DNA from: Camelus dromedarius | Taxonomy: Eukaryota | Length of the DNA stretch: 64,000 nt | Direction: 5' to 3' | NCBI RefSeq assembly: GCF_036321535.1 | Contig: NC_087438.1 | Location: forward strand, 5,334,001-5,398,000 | In this document: positions 25,852 to 38,503 of the stretch, piece after piece | Position numbering within the stretch: the first letter of the stretch is position 1 | Layout: each line of letters starts with the position of its first letter | Translations under genes and position numbers: made by a program | Notes under the pieces: model-generated | Database searches by the model: none | Told to the model about the DNA's origin: nothing | What the model saw: only the letters and a program-made list of their open reading frames with translations

Positions 25852-26252
25852 TCAGTCAGATCTATGTTTTATTAAAGTGATGAAACTTTACTGAGTGCTA
25901 ATCCTGCTGCGGCAGTGCTAAGATAGTAGCCAACCCTTGTTATTAAAAACACCAGGATAAAAAAAATAAAATATTTTTTTAATTAAAAAAATTAAATTAA
26001 AAAGAAACCAGCACAGAACAAGCAAAGGCTTTGTGAGAATGATACCTCTTTCCACTCAGCGAGCCCCTCCGGGCCCGCGGGGCGGTGGGCTCCCAGCCTC
26101 ACTTGCTCAGTGAGCAATAGGAGGACGTTACTGGGATTTTACAGATGACGACATTGTGGCTGCCCTGGTAAGCGACTGGAGCAGGACTGAATCCAGGGCT
26201 GTCCTGTCTTGACTATGTTCTTTGTAGTAAATAGACAGAAAAGCGCTGATAC

Positions 26253-26320
26253 GGGGCGGGCCTGCGGGCTGCTTCCAACGGCCCATAAAAGGCGGCCCGC
26301 GCCGGCTTCTTCATCACACT
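26253..26320 (+). promoter_or_regulatory. Candidate intronic core-promoter/enhancer: GC box, CArG/CATAAAA box, Inr
   Basis: GGGGCGGG at 26253-26260, CCATAAAAGG (perfect CC(A/T)6GG) at 26283-26292 and TCACACT (YYANWYY) at 26314-26320, in a CpG-rich patch. Confidence 0.3.
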
Positions 26321-26930
26321 TGGTCCTGGGGTTTCACTGAGTGCCTGTTCACTTCCAGGGCGGTCAAGACTGACCCTGGCCAAAGCTTTTAGCTTTTAAA
26401 ATCCTTTCTGTTCTGGATAGTCCCTCTGACACACAATTTCCCTTTTACCCAAATGCCTAGGATTTCTTACACTTTTAACAGAACTACCTATAATAATTTG
26501 TATCCTCTTAATGAATTAGATAATTGAAAGGTCACAAAATATTCTGTCTTGTAATTTTGTTTTAATCTGTAAATGTGCATGGTTTTCATCTTCACAAAGC
26601 AAGTTGTTTTCATCTTTGTTGACATTTGCCTTTAACATGTCTTCAATACAGATTTCTAAAAACTATTTCTGAAAAGTATTTGACAATACGCATGATAATT
26701 TGTATTAAACGTGCTGTGGTGGGTGAGACACCATGTAATGAGTAATTCTTGTCTCAATCAAATGGGTTTAGTCATTTATCACTGGATCCAAAAGCAGAAA
26801 AAGGCGTCTGCTTTCACAGTCAGTTTACGAGTTGAGCAGGAGAGCTTGGAGGTGGTCCCCATGTTTACTTCGCATGCATTCCCAGGAAGGAGAGATCCTA
26901 AGTTCTCATGCGACCTTGTCCCTGTCCCAG

Positions 26931-27100
26931 TACTTTATATACAGCTGCATCCTGGGGTTGATCTCCTGTTCGGTTTTCCTGCGCGTGAACTACGAGCTGA
27001 AGATGCTGATCATGATGGTGGCGCTGGTGGGCTACAACACCATCTTCCTGCACACTCACGCCCACCTCCTGGACGACTACAGCCAGGTCCTGTTTGAGAG
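26931..27100 (+). CDS. ADCY2: ADCY2 coding exon (exon 18 equivalent), transmembrane helices
   Basis: Acceptor ccctgtcccag. 170 nt, YFIYSCILGLISCSVFLRVNYELKMLIMMVALVGYNTIFLHTHAHLLDDYSQVLFE(R). Donor GTAACC. Phase 0/2. Confidence 0.97.
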
Positions 27101-27359
27101 GTAACCTGCTTCCTCTTTCCTTCTCTTTCCTTTGTTCTTTCATGGGATGTTGATAACGTGAGTGTGTGTGGAGTAAATGCAAATTAGCACAGCCCTCGGG
27201 AATCGTTGTGTGAGTTCTGAAGTGATGATTCAGGAAGATGATGTGTGTTTTTATGATAGATTACGTAGATAGGTATTATAGTCTATAACTAGAAGATATG
27301 AAATAGTTTAGAGAGACGATGTTAATAATCCGTACTGTGTTGATAAGAAGAATCTTTTT

Positions 27360-27580
27360 GATCACCTTCAGCATTATTCATATTTTGGACTGAATAATTT
27401 CCAGGGGATTGGGGGTGCAGGTTTGTCCTGTGCATTGAAGGTTATATAGCAGCCTCCCTGGCCTCTGAGCAGAAGATGCCAGACACAGTCCCCCCACCCC
27501 TAGTCATGACAACCAAAAATGCCTCCAGACTTTGAAGAATATGCCCTGTCAGGCAGTGTGGCCCCCTCGTTCAGAAAAGC
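27360..27580. mobile_element. MER20-like hAT-Charlie DNA transposon fossil
   Basis: 'attttggactgaataattt...tgtcctgtgcattg...gcagcctccctggcctct...agatgccag...tgacaaccaaaaatgcctccagac'. Confidence 0.8.
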
Positions 27581-30500
27581 TGAATCCATAGACACAAAAA
27601 TACAGGGAAAATGAGTGGTTCCATTCACAAGTTATAGTGCGAATTTCTTACTGAAGATTTCCTAGAACATCCTTGTGTGGAGGGAGTTCTGTCAACTGTG
27701 GCAATTCTCTGTTCTATGAAGAAACTGACTTTCAGGAAAGGATGTGACTGTGTTTACTCTGCCAGCCTTAGGACTGGGTGTTTCAAGAGTGAGAGTCTAC
27801 TTACTCGGGTTTATGAAAAGTTTCCTGTGATCAAATTGCATCTCTAAGCTTATTGTGAATATTTGTTCCCTGCCTGAAAAAAAAAATGTTTTAATCAGAA
27901 TATTCTCCATTTCACATCTTAACAGCAAAACCACATTTTGTATCAAATGTTAGGTTTATTTCTGGACCCACCAGGCTTCAGACTTTTTTATACTTTATTA
28001 TACTTTGCATAATCCTCCATAATACTTCTATATTTCTTTTAACATAAAGTAAATGCCTGAAATATTTGCATAGATCTGTTGCTCCGAAAAGATTGTGCTG
28101 ACAACGCATGGCCACTTCTCCACTGGAGGGGGCCAGTATCAGGAAGGTGTGCGCCTTACCATGTAAACATTTCTTACCAATAAAAATACTTTTAGAAACA
28201 CAATTGCAATGCATTCTCTTCACCTAATTTAATTTTCATCGTTCGCCACACCGTGAAACCCTACTAATCTGTAGTCAAGCTCGGGGTAGTGGAGTTGCAA
28301 AAATACATAATTGCATTAAGGAAACTTTATGATTCCTTAGCCAAGATGAGAATGCAATCAGAAGTTAATTTTCCAATAAATTCTCAAAATCGCCAGCCAA
28401 ACATGCTTTAATATTTCTCGACTGTATCCAGAAAGCCTGGATCGAATCCCTAAGTAAATGCAGCATTATCGATCGTTATGCACAGCTGAGGACACTACTA
28501 AATTTCCCTTTATTAAATTTAAAGCTGCTGAGTATGGTACTCATCCAAAGCTGAATAAGAAACTAGATTAGCAAGTTCCTGATGGGGAGGGAATTACTCT
28601 GGGGATCCGAGAGAGACGCACCACCTCTGATTAGCACCGCAGCAGCGGTAAGGTAAGGATTTGGTTGAAGAAAAGGAGTCTGATTGTCAAGCCCTTTTGT
28701 TTCGTTCAAGATCTTTTTGTGTTTGCTCTCTTGGTTTTATCTTTATAATAACCTGAAAGCTAGGGAGGGCTGACATGAGAAGCCTCAGGGACCTGCCGTC
28801 ACTTAGTAAGCCAGCATCCTCTCTAGGATGGGTGTTCCTGTCTGTCTAATCTTGGCCGTAAGGTTCTGGCACTTTCTGTTTCCTGTATGAGCTGCCACAA
28901 TATTCCCAGAAGCACTCCTCTGCCAAAAGATGAAATTACTGACATAATAGCATAATACCTCAAAATTAACGGTCTTTCTGTAATATGCGTGTAAAACCCA
29001 CCCCTAAAAGAGAGACCTCGAGAGCCAGAGCTTGGAATTCCAATTCCTCCAACCTCAGTGTGTGTTTGGCGCAGCCCTGTGACTCATTATCAATGTCATG
29101 CTTTCTTTCTCTTTTCTGAGATTCAGGAGACCCTACCCCTCATCAAAGAACTGATGGAGGATTTTTCATCCTTTATCTGCTTTGTTGATGCAGTTCTTTC
29201 AGATACGAAACTAGGATCCTGAATCAATCAGTCAGTCAGTCAAGCTGGTCTGAGATGGTGCTTTGAGACTGGGCATCCTTCAGTCCCAAGGCCAGGGGTG
29301 CCCCTCACGGGGGGAGGGAGCCGGCTTAATGCAGTGCGGGCAGCACCCCCTGTTCTGATCGAGCTGGTCCTGTGTCACTGAAGTCGCGTTCTTGGTCCCA
29401 TCCCTTTTCTGACCTATTTCTGCTCACTGTGTCCTTGCCTCCTTTTCACTCCTGGTTTCCTATCCTTGCTCTGGTCCTTCTGGGATCATGCGTGGCTGTG
29501 GCAGTCAGTGTCCTTGCTGCCCACCTCGGCCTCTGGACTGACCCCACATGGCCGCCGAGCTGTCATCTCTGGGTGTGTATGAGGACTGAGCAGCCCTCCC
29601 TGCCGGAAAAGTGGAGAGCGCCCCTCTGGATGAATTGTCTCAGGTGTCTGCGGTCTGCTCGCCTCTTTCTTGTGGTCCACACACTGAGGAGTTTATTAGA
29701 CACTCTCAAATCAAGGCAAGATCAGGTCTGAACCAGGCACCACCCGGCACCCGCAGCGCCCACAGCTGTGCCTGGCATCCGGTGAGCAGGCTGAAAAAGC
29801 ATCTGTTGAATGAATGAATAAGAGGCGGGCGTGTGGTCCTGAATTACCATTAGAGCCTAAATGCCGGACAGAAAAATGTCTCGCCTCACCTGCTTCCCCG
29901 AAGCCAGAGGCTCCTTGAAGATGTGACTTTTCAGAATCGACATCAGTTTTGCTTAAACCTTTAAATTTCAAGAGGAAGCTTGGAGAGGGCATGCCTGTTT
30001 ATAGGGTGGTGCTGGGCCATCTTATGAACACACAGTTTGGACAGTGGTGTTGTCCTGTGAGTTCACCATGTTTCGGGGGCCTTTTCTGAGCCAGATTTGA
30101 CATCAAAAATGGACAACCCAACAGGGAATTTGTTGCTGACTCTGTACAGAAAACAGGAGGAGAAGGCACTAGAGAAACTCCAAACCAGTGAGTAATTCAG
30201 AACATAATATCAAAGATATTCTTAGAGATTCACGAATGAAGAAAGCCAATTTTTCAGGAGAACGAAAGACTACCTTGAGGGAGTGTGTCATTAAAATATC
30301 CATTAGAATGGAGGCCAGTGATGTCCTGGTCCTTCACTTCACCTGCCATCATGTGATTCTGATCAGTACCTCATGGTGAAGGAAGCTCAGAAGTGTCTGG
30401 TATTTAGAAAGTCCGAAAAAATATGTTTCTTAATTCTTTGGCATTTACAAGAGTCCTCCATCTTGTCTGTGGTACAAGATGTTTTGCTGAATCAGTCAAC

Positions 30501-31691
30501 AGCAATTCTGGCGCTTTTCCATGACATGGTCTCCCAAAGCCCTCAGCCGGCACCGCTGAGGTTGCCAAATGTCCTACTCGGTGATGGTGATGGTGATGAC
30601 CACTGATATTGCTGGAAGCTGTTTTCATTTTGAAGACACTTTTCCCTTCCCATGACAAAAGCGTGCTCTGGAGTCTGTGAGGCATTGTCAGATTTTTCCT
30701 GTGAGTTTTTTTTTTTTTTTTTTTCTTGCAGAACTGAAAAGTCTCAATGGATGAGAATTATCATTCCCCATTATGTTAATCCCTGAGTGCTAGAAATATG
30801 TCTTCTGTTCTGAAGAGGTGTGGGGGATGGAGATTGGGGGCAGAGGGGCAACAAGGAGTCCAGCCTATTAGCCAGCTCTGTGTGGACACTTAGCCTAATG
30901 AAATGAATACTTTGTGGGCAGAATATAAATAAGATGCATAAGTAAGCAGCAGTGATATCCAGGACCCAGCGTCATCCAGAAGCTCTGGATTGTCGCTGGT
31001 AGAAATGTCTGCGTACGTTTAACTTCCTGAACTTAGCAACAGCTCCAAATCAAGGATAATGATGGAAATGCTCTTAAGAACAAGTGTCACTGGGAGCCAC
31101 GAGTTAAGCTGCTTCAGTGTGGAATTGTTCTGCCTTCTCTGTTTTTCCGGTGTCTCATGGAAAACCCCCAGGCTAGACTTCGACATGTTGTAATATTTTG
31201 ACAGTGTCCCAGTTAGAGATCAGCTGGCGCTGAGCTCACCAGAAAGCCTGGAGGAAGATCTGCAGCAGTGATTATGCTCCGCGGAGAGGCAGGAGCAGTG
31301 CACGTCCACCCTGGGGCAGGTGGTCCCAAGGTGTTCCAAAACACCTGACATTTCTTTGAAGTCTCCTCTTTTAAATGAAAAAGAAATTTATTCCAGATTT
31401 GAATTCAAGCCCATCATCTATCCAAAATAATACTGAAAAGATTGGAAATTACTTTCAAATGTAAAATCCCAGTTTCTCTTCGTCTTCCTCATGCCCCCAC
31501 CCAGTGCCAGCCCCAGCAAGTAAGGAACACACGTGTCTGCTTCTCTGTGGCTGACACCACTCGCAGGGAGCTGGGAGGCAGAGGAAGGAGGCGGGTGGTC
31601 TGAGCCACCTAATTTAACAAAAACTCAAGTTGCCTTAGGGCTACTCAAATTCTACCAAGCTTTCTTTTCTTCCTTTAAAAGCAACTGAGAT

Positions 31692-31757
31692 GGGGTATAG
31701 CTCAATACTATTTATTAGATAGATAGATAGATACATACATACATACATACATACATA
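31692..31757 (+). repeat. (GATA)n(CATA)n compound microsatellite preceded by a SINE head remnant
   Basis: 'ggggtatagctca' followed by tagatagatagatagatacatacatacatacatacatacatag. Confidence 0.8.
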
Positions 31758-32399
31758 GCAACCATTAGTGACCTACTTTTTAATCTAACCTAAAAAAGAA
31801 AATGCCCTGTGGTTTGAACTCATCGCAGGAAGATACTCAATTTTTAGGCTGTTTTGTTTGTCTTGAGAATAAGGGAAGGAAAGAGATTTCACAGAGCCTG
31901 GGCCCATAGACTGGAAAGGATATTTACTTTTTATCATCTACTCTTCAATCTATGAGGCCAAAGCCCAGAGCACAGCCCCACAGTATCTGATTGCATGGAA
32001 GGACCAGTTCTTCCCACTTAAAACCTCTCTTCTCTACAGAGTGAAACCCTGACTGCGTTAATCAGGGCACATCGTTATCTTCATAGCAAAAGGCCATCAC
32101 TACCTCTCCGGCTCCACTTTTATTATCTCTCCTGACCTGAAGCTGCCTCCAGGGCTCTTTTCTAAGCAAGAGCCTATCCTTTATTACATTAGTCATTTGC
32201 AGCCCCAGAATGTTTTGCTTGGCATTTGTGAATAACACTCTGAAAAGGCATGAGGTTTAGAGCCGTCTGTCCTTGGATGACATCGGTCCTCCTTCTCTGG
32301 AAGATTGCATAGGGTTCCGGTGCATCTGTGTCCAGCCAAGGGAGGAAAGAGTCCCTAGAAATGAAATCCCTTAGGTCTTAAACCAACACAGTGATTGGC

Positions 32400-32540
32400 G
32401 CATTCATCCATTTGTTTTTACAACGCACTTTCATTGAACACCCTGTGTATCCCAGGCCTGACTGCTGGAGTCGAAGCACGTAGAGATGAATAAAATATAG
32501 TTTCTGCTCTCAAGAACTTACAGAATCTCTCTGTTAGACA
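32400..32540 (-). mobile_element. L2 3' fragment
   Basis: 'cattcatccatt...cattgaacaccctgtgtatcccaggc...agatgaataaaatatagtttctgctctcaagaactta'. Confidence 0.6.
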
Positions 32541-32679
32541 GTTGTGTCTCACCAGAGGCCAAAAGGAGACTTGGAGGTTGACTTCCTACAGTGCACCTAG
32601 GAACCTGTTGTCTGGGAGCTAGTGACCCAGGGTTGACTCCTGCGTTAGAAACACCCTGAAGAACTGTGGAGACCCCAAA

Positions 32680-35600
32680 GGGTGGGGGAGGAGTGATGTC
32701 ACACCATGGCACAATAAGACATCACTCATTTTTGCCCCCAACAATAATTTGTAATCTCTCCATGGACAAAAGTGCCTTTGTAGGAGCTGTGGGACCCAGC
32801 CCCGTGCTGGATCCAGAAGGAGTCCTGCCCACCCTTGTGTTGGGTAGCAGCATACAGACCTTGGCCCTGGCTATGGACCCTGAAGGAGCATGTGATTCAC
32901 TCCAGCCTCTCTCAGCCATGGAGCCCCTGGAAAAGTGACCCATGGACGAAAGAGCCTTTGTAGAAGCCCAGGTTTCCAGAGGAGGAGGCCCAGCACACCA
33001 CTGGGGCAGAAGAGGCTGGACTCGCTGAAGTGGGTAAGAGAAATGGTATGACTCTGTCCACATCATCCCTCTCCCAAGATGGCACAGCTTAAGACCAAGA
33101 GAGACGTTCTGAGTCCTTGACTTCTCCTGCAAGGGAAAACGGGAGCATGTGGGTGAGCCCCTGGCTTCCCTGGCTCTTTCCCGGCAAGAGGCCCATGTCT
33201 CTCTTGCCCCATCCAGAGTGAGTCCCAAGCTGCATGACTGGGGTTAGGAAGAAGCTGGGGGAGTGGCCGATAGGACTCTCAGGGCACTAAGGGGACACCC
33301 TGCTAACTACACTGGAGCCTTTATCAAGAAGCCCATCCACAAGCTTCTGGGAACACCTCACCCACAGATTCCCCCAGCTGGCCCAGAGGCACCTACATCG
33401 CTCCACGTGCCTCACCCACACCCCTGCCCCACAGTCAGCTCCCTGCACGTATCCCCTCCTGATGGCAGCGTCGAGAGCGAGTTTTGGCACACAGCGACTG
33501 AGCACGCACAGAAGGCTGGCCCAAATATGAGGGCCATGGAGAGACCACAGACTTGAACTTTAGTAAATTCTGCTTGGAAGAGAAATGGGAGACTGTCTTC
33601 AGTTGGACTGGTGCATTGCGAGATGGAGAGAAGGCATACAAGCTTAAAGCTCCTCCACGAGAGGGAGCAAGAAAGGTGGAGTGATGTACCCAGAGAAGGT
33701 ACAGAAAGCCTCAAAGCACTAGCAGGGTGGAAGGAAGGTATTTAAGCCCTGAGACAGTTAGTAAAGGCTGCAGGAAGTGACTGCTGCTTCAAGTGTGAAG
33801 ATAACAGTGCAAAACTTGAAGGAACATAAAATCAAGGAAGAAAGGAACTAAAACACAGCTAGAAAACAATTCATAAGATGGCGTTAGTAAGTCCTTACCT
33901 ATCAGTTTTACTCTTAAGTGTAAACGGATTGAATTCTTCCTTTAAAAGATGTAAAGTAGCTAGATGGATTTAAGAAACAAAAAACAAAAAAACAAAAACA
34001 AGAGCCAACTATATGCTGTCTATAAGGATTCACTCCAGCTTTAAGGACATATGTAGACTCAAAGGAATGGAAAAAGATATTTCATGCAAGTAGAAACCAA
34101 AGGAGAGCAGAGCTAGCTATACTTACATAGATAAAATAGACTTTAATCCAAAAATGGTAATAAGGGACAAAAAAGGTCATTATGTAATGACAAAGGGGTC
34201 AATCCATCTAGAAGATATAAAAATCATAAATGTATACACATCCAACATCAGAGCACTGAAATATATTAAGCAAGTACTAACAGATTTGAAAAGAGAAGTG
34301 GATAGCAATGCAATAATGGTAGGGGGCATCAGCACACCATTCTCAGCAATGATTAGAACATCCAAACAGAAAGTCAAATAGGAAACATTGGACTTGAACT
34401 ATATACGTTAGACCAAATGGTCCTGATAGACATGTATGGAACATTCCATCTAACAGTAACAGAATACACATTCTTCACAAGCACACACGAAACATTCTCC
34501 AGGATACATCACATGTTAGGTCATAAAACATGCCTTAGCAACATTGATTGAAATTATACCCTGTATCTTTTCCAATCACAAGGTATGAAACGAGAAGTCA
34601 ATAACAAGAGGAAAACTAGAAATTTCACAAATACGTTGAAGTTAAAACACACACTCCTGAACAGTCAATAGGTCAAGAAGAAATCAAAAGGAAAAATAAT
34701 GTAACTTGAAACAAATGAAAATGGAAAACAATGCACCAGAACTTATAGTGTGCTGCAAAAGCAGCTTCAAAAGGGAAATTTTAATTACAAATGCGTACAT
34801 TAAGAAAAAAGAAAGATCTCAAATTGAAAACCTAACATTACACCTCAAGGAAATAAAGAAGAACCAACTAAGCCCAAAGTTCAGAAGGAAGAAAATAACT
34901 AAGATCAGACCAGAAATAAATAAAATAGAAACTAAACAAACCAATAGAAAAGATCAATGAAGCTAAGAACTGGTTTTGGGAAAGATAAACAAAATAAACA
35001 AACCTTTAGCTAGACTAAGGGGGAAAAAAGAGAGTAGCCATGAATAAAATTAGAAATGAAAGAAGAGACATTATAATTGATGCTACTCAAATACAAAGGG
35101 TCATAAGAGACTGCTGTGAATAATTATGCACCAACAAATTGGACAACCTAAGAGAAATGGATAAATTCTTAGGAACATACCACCTACCCAGGCTGACTCA
35201 TGAAGAAATAGAAAATCTAAACAGACCAGTAATGAGAAATGAGATTGAATCAGTAACCAAAATTTCCAACAAAGAAAAGCTCAGGACCAGATGATTTCAC
35301 TAGTGAATTCTACCAAACATTTAAAGAAGAATTAACACCAGTCTTCCTTAAATTTATCAAAAACAATGAAGAGGAGGAAACACACCCAAACTCATTTTAT
35401 GAGGCCAGCGTTACCATGGTATCAAAGCCAGATAAGGACACTACAAGGAAAGGAAAAAAAAAAGATTAGTATTCCCAATGAATATAGATGCAAAAATTCT
35501 TAACAAAATGTTAGCAAACCAAATTGAACAGCATATTAGAAGGATCACGCACCATGATTAAGTGGGATTTATCCCTGAGATACAAGGATGGTTCAACACA

Positions 35601-36595
35601 TGCAAATTAGTAAATGTGATACACCACGTTAATAGAATGAAAGATAAAAATTATACGATCATCTATCTCAGTAGATACAGGAGAAGCATTTGGTGAAATA
35701 CAACATCTTCTCATGATAAAAACTCTCAACAGATTGGGTATAGAAGGAACATAACTCAACATGATAAAAGTGGCATATAACAAGCACATAGCTAATGTTG
35801 TACTCAATGGGGAAAGGTTGAAAGCTTTTCGTCTAAAATCAGGAACAAGAAAAGGGTGCTTCTCTTGCCATTTTTATTCTACATAGTACTGAAAGTCCTA
35901 CCCAGAGCTATCAGGCAAGAAAAGAAATAAAAGATATCCAATCAGATAGGGAGATGTAAAATTGTCTTTGTTCACAGATGATATGATCTTATACATAGAA
36001 AACCCTATAGATGCCACCAAAAATACTCCTAGAACTAATAAAAAAAAATTCAACTCAGTTGCAAGATACAAAAAGAACATATAATCAGTTGTGTCTCTAT
36101 GCACTAACAGTGAAATATCTGATAAGGAAATAAAACAATCCCATTCACAATGGCATCAAAAACAAGAAAATATTTAGGAATAAATTTAACCAAGGAGGTG
36201 AAAGATCTGTACATTGAAAACCATAAGACTTTGATGAAAGAAATTGAAGAAGACACAAACAAATACAAAGATATCCCATGTTCATGGATCAGAAGATGTT
36301 GAACAAAAGGCACAAACTTTCAGTTAAAAAATGAGTAAGTTCTGGGGATCTAATACACAGTACAGTGATTCTAGTTAACAGTACTGTATTATGTACTTGA
36401 AAGTTGCTGAAAGAATAGATCTTAAATATTCTCACCACAAAAAGGAAATGGTAATTATGTGAGGTGATGAGGGTGTTCGCTAATGCTACAGTGATCATCT
36501 TTTCACTACATGTGTATCAGATCAAAACATTGTACCCCATAAACTTACACAGTGTTATATGTTAATAATATCTCAATAAAACCAGAAAGAAAATA
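32680..36595 (+). mobile_element. L1 (L1MA9/L1M2-like) with 5' UTR, decayed ORF2 (endonuclease + RT) and 3' end; two large internal deletions
   Basis: 5' start 'gaggagtgatgtcacaccatggc'. ORF2 ATG near 33878. Endonuclease peptides (VIRDKKGHYVMTKGSIHLEDIKIINVY). RT motif FTDDMI at 35971. 3' UTR at 36296-36590 with AATAAA at 36575. Many stops and frameshifts. Confidence 0.92.
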
Positions 36596-38084
36596 ACTTT
36601 GGAGTATGTCAAAAAACCACAACCTGTCCACACAGATCACTCCCACCCCTGACTTGGGGGTGACTTAGTTGGTCAAGAAAACATACTAATGTGCATTCTT
36701 AATCATTAAAGACGCATTTCCAGTCATTGGAAAGGACTGGTGTATTTTTAAATGACTGAGCTGTTTTAGAACTCTCCCTTCTGCTCATAGCTCAGGCAGT
36801 CATTGGAAACAAGCAGACCACCCATCAGAAAATAGGTTTGCTGCTGAATCTGAGCAGTAGGTACGGGAATTCTGGCTGAGCTGTCATCCCCGTGTTCATC
36901 GCCAGCCAGCATCACCTGGCTGGGTCCCACCCACTGTCTTGGCAACTCAGACAGAAGGAGAGTTTGGAAGCAGAGACCCGCAGGCTTCTCTATGTAGGGG
37001 AAGATACATTGACCGGGCAATCAGCTGTCTTTATTTCACCTTGTGCATTTTAACCCCTGCGTTTCCTTTCTGGGGCATTTTTGTTTGTTCTATTTTGGCC
37101 AGTGTCATCTTCTGACGTTGTAATTGAAGTCTCAGTCCTGGGCTGAGCAAAGTTCAGCGGATTCATCCTTACGGCATCATCACATTGGTCAAAACTTTAG
37201 CTTTTTGTATCACTTGACATGGAAGATGCTTGAGGATTCAGAGGACTCTTGTCAGCAAAGCCAGGCGTTCCCTAACTTACCAGTAGAACATGGCGAAGCC
37301 AGAAGTGAAAGGATCCATCAGCTGCAGAGCATGAGGGTCTCGTGGGAGGGAGGTAGCCATAGCCCTGGTCTCTTTGTGGGACTTTTCTTTATGACCCTTG
37401 GACCTCAGAGGGTCAGGTGCCCAGAGGTCAGCCTACTTTTGATCCCAGTGAGGGACCTGGGAGGATCTGACTTTCCCTCAGTTTGTGAATTGTTACCAAC
37501 ACAACAGAAACTAGATTTCTTACCGTACTTTTCTTAATAAATAGAGGTGTCTTATCACCTAGAAAACACGTTTTGAAACGTAATTATGTTTGTGTCTACA
37601 CACCTGGGCTGCATTCTCTCCCGAGAGTAATGAATAATATGTCACACTTAGCTCATGGAGCTGTTTGCTTTAGATTAAAGACTGGCTCACCAAGAAATCC
37701 CGCATCTCTAACCCGATTTGTTTGGTTTCTTTGTTCCCTTGGACTCTCGAAACTTGAGGGCCAGAATGATTGCTCCGTTACAGCCTCGGGCTGAGGGCCA
37801 GCTGTAAGTTAGTGTGTGGCTACAGGCACATTTGGGTGTCTGTCTCCAGAGCCCAATTTTTAAGTATGAAAAGTAGAATATCAAGTCACATTTTGGCTCA
37901 AACTGTCAAGAATCCTAGCGTTAGAACCCTCCTCAGTTACATTACCTCTGTCTTCCGTACTTTGTAGCAGAGTGAGGCACAGCTCTGAGATGTGCAAGGC
38001 CAAAAAGGGTTTCACCCTTAACACTTGAGGGGGGCTCACACCAGCTCGCTGATGTTTTTATATAAATGGCCGATACAACCGATG

Positions 38085-38503
38085 CATGCATTGCATTGCC
38101 TAAAAGGAGACAGTTGACGTCCTAACCCCCAGTACCTGAGAATGTGACCTTATTTGGAAATAGGGTCACTGCACAGGTAATTAGTTAAGATGAGACCCTG
38201 CTGGAGTCAAGTGGGCCCCCTCCCAACACAACCAGCATCCTTATAAGAAGATGGCCATGTGGAGACAGTGACACCCGTGGAGAAGGCCACGTGATGATGA
38301 AGACAGACATTGAGTGATGCAGTGGCCAGCCAACCACCGAGGGCAGGACGAGGCTCAGAATGATTTTTCTGCAAGTTTCAGAGGGAGTGTAGCTCTACTG
38401 GAAACTGAGTCCGAACTTCCAGCCTCCAGAACTGGTAGATTTCTGTTGTTTTAGGCCACCCAGTTTGTGGCCCTTTGTTTCAGCAACTCTCGGAAACTCA
38501 TAC
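38085..38503 (+). mobile_element. MaLR solo LTR (MLT1B/C-like)
   Basis: 'cctaacccccagtacctgagaatgtgaccttatttggaaatagggtc...ttccagcctccagaactg...tttctgttgttttaggccacccagtttgtgg...ggaaactcataca'. Confidence 0.9.

Noticed and set aside
32722..33714. Cluster of 90-170 aa ORFs
   Set aside because: They fall in the GC-rich L1 5' UTR, where stop codons are rare.
33878..36295. Functional reverse transcriptase/endonuclease
   Set aside because: ORF2 is broken by many stops and frameshifts (longest pieces under 90 aa) and is truncated; dead L1.
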